From Octopus bimaculoides (taxonomy: Eukaryota), in the NCBI RefSeq assembly GCF_001194135.2, contig NC_068994.1, forward strand, positions 48,054,256 through 48,118,255: a stretch of DNA of 64,000 nucleotides, read 5' to 3'. Below the pieces are notes generated by a model that did not search any database, was not told the origin of the DNA, and was given only the letters and a program-made list of their open reading frames with translations. This document shows, piece after piece, positions 60,501-64,000 of the stretch. The translations under genes and the position numbers were made by a program. Numbering within the stretch: position 1 is the first letter of the stretch; each line of letters begins with the position of its first letter.

Positions 60501-62586
60501 GAAAATGCAAGAAAAAAAAGCAAACTTACCTTGTTCTTCTGTTGGTAATGAGGTAGGGAATGCTGGAGATGCAGGTGGTGTTGCTGGTGTAGATGGTGTG
60601 TGTGCCTAGTGAATGATGGTTTATAAAACTTGATAAGTGAATTAGCTAACGAAATATCTCATGTATTCATGATAAACAAATATCTCATCACAATACAACA
60701 TGTATAAACTTCTACAGGTTTCAGTCATTGACTGCAGTTATGGAGTCATATTGCCTTCATATATAGATGACATAGAAATATATTAATTTATTACAGTTTT
60801 TTTCCTCTATAAACACCCTTCCTGATATTTTGTCTTCGAGCGGGTGACACGTAAAAGCACCCACTACACTCTCTGAGTGGTTGGCATTAGGAAGGGCATC
60901 CAGCTGTAGAAACTCTGCCAAATTAGATTGGAGCCTGGTGTAGCCATCTGGTTTCACCAGTCCTCAGTCAAGTCGTCCAACCCATGCTAGCATGGAAAGC
61001 GGACGTTAAACGATGATGATGATGATGAAACCCACCCTGGCACCTCATCACCATCACCTCTTTCCAGTCTCACCTTAATTACTCCCATCCATTCTTGTAT
61101 AATGCAAGTAGCCATGTATCTCCTCTACAGCAAGAAGAAAAAAAAGTCTGTCCCTGCCCCATCCTTCATATTTTAACCTTTCATCACCTAGCATAATGTT
61201 AGTGTCCCACACAATCAAAAGGATCTTAGTCTTGCAACCTCACAGGAGCTGGCTCCACAAGAAAAAAAGCAACCAGTACACTCTGTAAAGTGGTAGACAT
61301 TAGGAAGGACATACAAATCAAAGGAGTTGCAACGACGATCATTCTATCTTTTTGGCTGCTATTTCTAGAGCAGGTCAGGTGACCATGTAAGGACTCCCTC
61401 ACTAGCTTGACTTTATACTAAGTTTGAAAGAATCATAAAGTTTTTACATTTTGAGAAACTAAAAATTGTATTGTACTGCTGAGTTACGTATCTTAAATGT
61501 GTGTGTGTTAGCAGGTTAGTGTGGATTTCATTTTTCACTTCCTTTTTACACAATGCCTTACACTACTTGTATACAATTTTTATACCTTTAATAAGTCAAG
61601 CAAAGAAAGACAGCAATGAAAGCTAGAATTAAACAGAATAAAACACAAACATATAGAAAAGTAGGCATTAAAAAGCATTACAAGAAAAGGGTACACAGGC
61701 ACAGATTTTGGGAATCATGGAATTCTTGCAGTGTCCTGACAACTGATACAGGTAGTTTATTGCATACTTAACAAGTCTGAGTGTGAAATAGTGTTTCTGA
61801 AAGTCATGGGTGCTGTGCTATGTTTTGATTTTAGAAGCATGTCCATGAGGTGGCCAAAGTTGTTGTTGGAAAGATGGTGGATAATTTTGAGGGTTTCTAT
61901 TAAATCTGCTACTATATGGTGAAACTTTAGTGTGTTGAGGCCCAAATAAGTAATGTACTCAAGATGTGATAAGTGACTGAGAAAGAGTAATTGCCTGATT
62001 ACACATCTCTGGAAAGCTTGTTATATTGTACTATATATGTGGATTCGTGGTTTACTGTGCGTGTGTTTGTTCATTTTTCTGTCTTTTACTTTGTGTAGCT
62101 ATCTGGTTGAAATTTACATTGTGTAAGAAAAATAAATGAAGAAAACTCCAGATAATACTAACATGTGTCAGAGCTGTGATGAAATTACGATTTAAGTGAA
62201 TAGCTTCATAAAGGGCCAGTAAGATGGAATCATTGGCTCTGAAAATATATGAAAACATACAAAACAATACAATTCCTAATAACGTTTAATTATAAAAATA
62301 TAATAACAGGATTTTTTTAAACATTGAATGGCTATGAAGGTCCACCCATGTAAAATGGGAATCAAAGAGGTTCATAGGCAAAAGATGGTTGTGAAACACT
62401 GTATTAGACTATGACTGATAAGAAAGACCAGTTGGTCATAGCTGAAGCACCTTTAATTACAGGACCTGCTGGATTAGTAAAAATAATTATAAAATAGATT
62501 AGTCCCCTCCCCCCGAAAACTTAACGTTTTTATATTTACCTGACTGATTCCACTGTCTTCTCTTCTGCAACAAACATGTTACCAAC
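50214..62586 (-). CDS. ARMH3: Armadillo-like helical domain-containing protein 3 (C10orf76/UPF0668, DUF1741); C-terminal 15 exons, 405 aa; 5' part not in window
   Basis: Phase-consistent GT-AG exons. [90 protein letters not shown] match recalled human ARMH3 from ~residue 278 onward. Confidence 0.95.
50394..50602. mobile_element. piggyBac-type TTAA MITE
   Basis: TTAA|CCCTTTAG..AGGG|TTAA; interior homologous to 30199-30556. Confidence 0.7.
51015..51131 (-). CDS. ARMH3: ARMH3 exon
   Basis: [39 protein letters not shown]. Confidence 0.96.
51310..51465 (+). mobile_element. Family B SINE
   Basis: GTGAGCTGGCAAAAATGTTAGCATGC..TTTGCCTTTCATCCTTTC. Confidence 0.7.
52164..52242 (-). CDS. ARMH3: ARMH3 exon
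   Basis: [26 protein letters not shown]. Confidence 0.95.
52888..52963 (-). CDS. ARMH3: ARMH3 exon
   Basis: [25 protein letters not shown]. Confidence 0.93.
53243..53345. repeat. (AACC)n tetranucleotide microsatellite
   Basis: Directly visible; one of many (TA)n, (CA)n, (GA)n, (CAT)n, (AAT)n tracts in the window. Confidence 0.9.
53382..53508 (-). CDS. ARMH3: ARMH3 exon
   Basis: [42 protein letters not shown]. Confidence 0.97.
54061..54143 (-). CDS. ARMH3: ARMH3 exon
   Basis: [28 protein letters not shown]. Confidence 0.95.
54943..55031 (-). CDS. ARMH3: ARMH3 exon
   Basis: [29 protein letters not shown]. Confidence 0.96.
56529..56589 (-). CDS. ARMH3: ARMH3 exon
   Basis: [20 protein letters not shown]. 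Confidence 0.95.
57120..57340 (-). mobile_element. Family B SINE
   Basis: GAAAGGATGAAAAGCAAAGTTGACCTTGGTGGAATCTGAACTCAG. Confidence 0.65.
58048..58117 (-). CDS. ARMH3: ARMH3 exon
   Basis: [23 protein letters not shown]. Confidence 0.95.
58228..58293 (-). CDS. ARMH3: ARMH3 exon
   Basis: [22 protein letters not shown]. Confidence 0.95.
58525..58583 (-). CDS. ARMH3: ARMH3 exon
   Basis: [20 protein letters not shown]. Confidence 0.95.
59101..59196 (-). CDS. ARMH3: ARMH3 exon
   Basis: [32 protein letters not shown]. Confidence 0.95.
59969..60443. mobile_element. MITE with ~45-bp TIRs and 8-bp TSD GTAAATTT; interior in a gap
   Basis: Left GGTCCAGATGGACTATATGTAATCTGAACCTTTCCCCCCTT matches the reverse complement of the right end; TSD at 59961-59968 and 60444-60451. 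Confidence 0.85.
60530..60605 (-). CDS. ARMH3: ARMH3 exon
   Basis: [25 protein letters not shown]. Confidence 0.88.
60840..61030 (+). mobile_element. Young RTE-LINE 3' end
   Basis: GGAAGGGCATCCAGCTGTAGAAAC..GGAAAGCGGACGTTAAACGATGATGATG; further copies at ~11000, 24560, 27295, 29080, 31255, 37660, 41030, 55445. Confidence 0.8.
62163..62238 (-). CDS. ARMH3: ARMH3 exon
   Basis: [25 protein letters not shown]. Confidence 0.95.
62540..62586 (-). CDS. ARMH3: ARMH3 exon (first in window)
   Basis: [15 protein letters not shown](R), cf. human VGSMFIAD. Confidence 0.85.
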
Positions 62587-63379
62587 CTAAAAATAACATA
62601 AATAAATATTTGTTATTTTGAAATGAATTCAATAAAATATTCCACAAGTGACTATGTTAGAAACCAAAATTTAACCCACAATTTTGGTTTCTACTTGATC
62701 AAATGTAATTTCAATTTTTGTCTTTTAATCATTTCAATACCAAACCACTTGAGGCTGTCCCTTGTTCTTTGATATGGAATTTCTATTTTAAAGAGATTTA
62801 AATTAAAACTTTCTATCAAAATTTCTCATTATTTTATGTTCCAAACACCAGGTTAATAACGACAAAGAATTTTACTAAATTTTTCATTATTTTCAAAATT
62901 AATTGAAACAACAGAAATGTTGTAAGAAAAAGCTTAACAGATCATTAAGGACTACATTATCTAATGTTTCATGTTTTTTTTTTCAAAGGTAAGACACATT
63001 GTATGAAAATAAAAATAAAAGATAAAATAATGGATGGTCACTTTTGAAATGTCTTGGATCAAGATTGACCTGGGAAACAAACAACTATGAATTAGAAATT
63101 TAAAAAAAAAAAAAAAAACATTGCTGCAGTCATCTCCCCTGATTCCTCGCTACCCTCCAACTCTTCAATTCGCTGACATACAAACGTAATCAGACAATTC
63201 CATCACAACATTTCAAATGAATTAATGTATTAAGTAAGAAACAATTGAAACTTCGAATTTAAATAACATTACTCCAATGTCACTCCAATAACATTCCTCA
63301 GGAATTAATAATCAAAGAAATTTCAGCTGACAATATGCAAATGAGAAATATCACCTGATGTATCATAAGATAAAATGTA

Positions 63380-63900
63380 CAAGTTAAAGTCGCAAAACAC
63401 CAATAATCGATCCTTCTGTGTTCAGAAGAAATGATGAATCGGGTTATCACGTACTGATATGTGAGACATGTCGCCGTTTACCTTGTTACGACTATACGAC
63501 ATGACACCCTGTCTGATTCTCTGAATTAACTAACCAAGAAGGATCACTAACCGGTTGTATCAGATACTGGAGCCGATCTTAGACTTACCGGAGCTAAAGT
63601 AATTCTTTATACAAGAGCGTCGAAGTATAAATGTTTATTTAGCCTGGATTTTTGGCTAGTCTTTCACTTAGCTGAAATAGCGCATCTGCTCACGCCACGA
63701 CTACAGGACACTTGACAGATGTTACTACTCCGGGTCTGAGTAGACCTGGGTCCAAAGTGGTTAAGAGGTGGTTCCCACTTCCGGGCGAAGGTAAAGAATA
63801 CGCACACGCGATGTTTAGGGTTACGCCAAAAACGGATGGTGTACGTATTCTTTACCTCAGCCTCACGACCGAAGGTAGTTTAGCGTCATACCCAATGTTA
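63380..63900. promoter_or_regulatory. CpG-rich promoter-like or structured-RNA island upstream of the mid-protein ARMH3 exon
   Basis: About 28 CpG in ~510 bp by hand count versus ~1 in 62581-63120; ETS-like CACTTCCGG 63776-63784; consensus minus-strand donors at 63588 and 63481. Confidence 0.55.
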
Positions 63901-64000
63901 TAAATAAAGTTATCGAATATATATGTAAACAACGTTCAGTCCAAAGTAGAAGTTACCACATGGAAAAGATATACTACATCCACTCAACTTCAAATAAACG

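Noticed and set aside
63640-63880. Similarity to U4atac or U11 5' ends, and a plus-strand Sm-like site GATTTTTGG with stem-loop
   Set aside because: Matches are short and inconsistent in strand and spacing; no snRNA could be assembled
63712-63903. 63-aa plus-strand ORF
   Set aside because: Starts at TTG, no homology; explained by locally higher GC
1-64000. tRNA/rRNA genes or CRISPR arrays
   Set aside because: Only SINE tRNA-like heads without cloverleafs; no repeat-spacer arrays; eukaryotic context

Overview
Eukaryotic, AT-rich scaffold sequence, dense in microsatellites and SINEs, with 11 N-gaps. The repeat families suggest an octopus/coleoid cephalopod genome (inference). Four intron-containing housekeeping genes were reconstructed by hand from GT-AG boundaries, codon-phase continuity and recalled similarity to vertebrate orthologues: (1) exon 1 of SRSF10/SRSF12 (minus, 719-783; the rest lies left of the window); (2) complete DENND10/FAM45A (plus, 8 exons, 12233-18150, 353 aa); (3) complete BRD8 (minus, 20 exons, 45327-21685, 1084 aa, one bromodomain, large poly-Q exon); (4) the C-terminal 15 exons of ARMH3/C10orf76 (minus, 62586-50214, 405 aa; the N-terminal ~280 aa are not in the window). 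Introns and spacers hold tRNA-derived SINEs, RTE-LINE 3' ends, mariner, hAT, piggyBac and pogo remnants or MITEs, a Helentron-type HINE, and a MITE with an 8-bp TSD. The most intriguing region is a CpG-rich, structured island at ~63.4-63.9 kb, directly upstream of an exon from the middle of the ARMH3 protein. It could be an internal promoter or a nested ncRNA gene: it has a telomere-template 9-mer and an H-box/hairpin/ACA arrangement, but I found no convincing pseudoknot. Other highlights are near-perfect intronic hairpins, inverted repeat pairs bracketing exons, and candidate alternative last exons of ARMH3. No database searches were run; homology calls rest on recalled protein motifs. Repeat boundaries are approximate.
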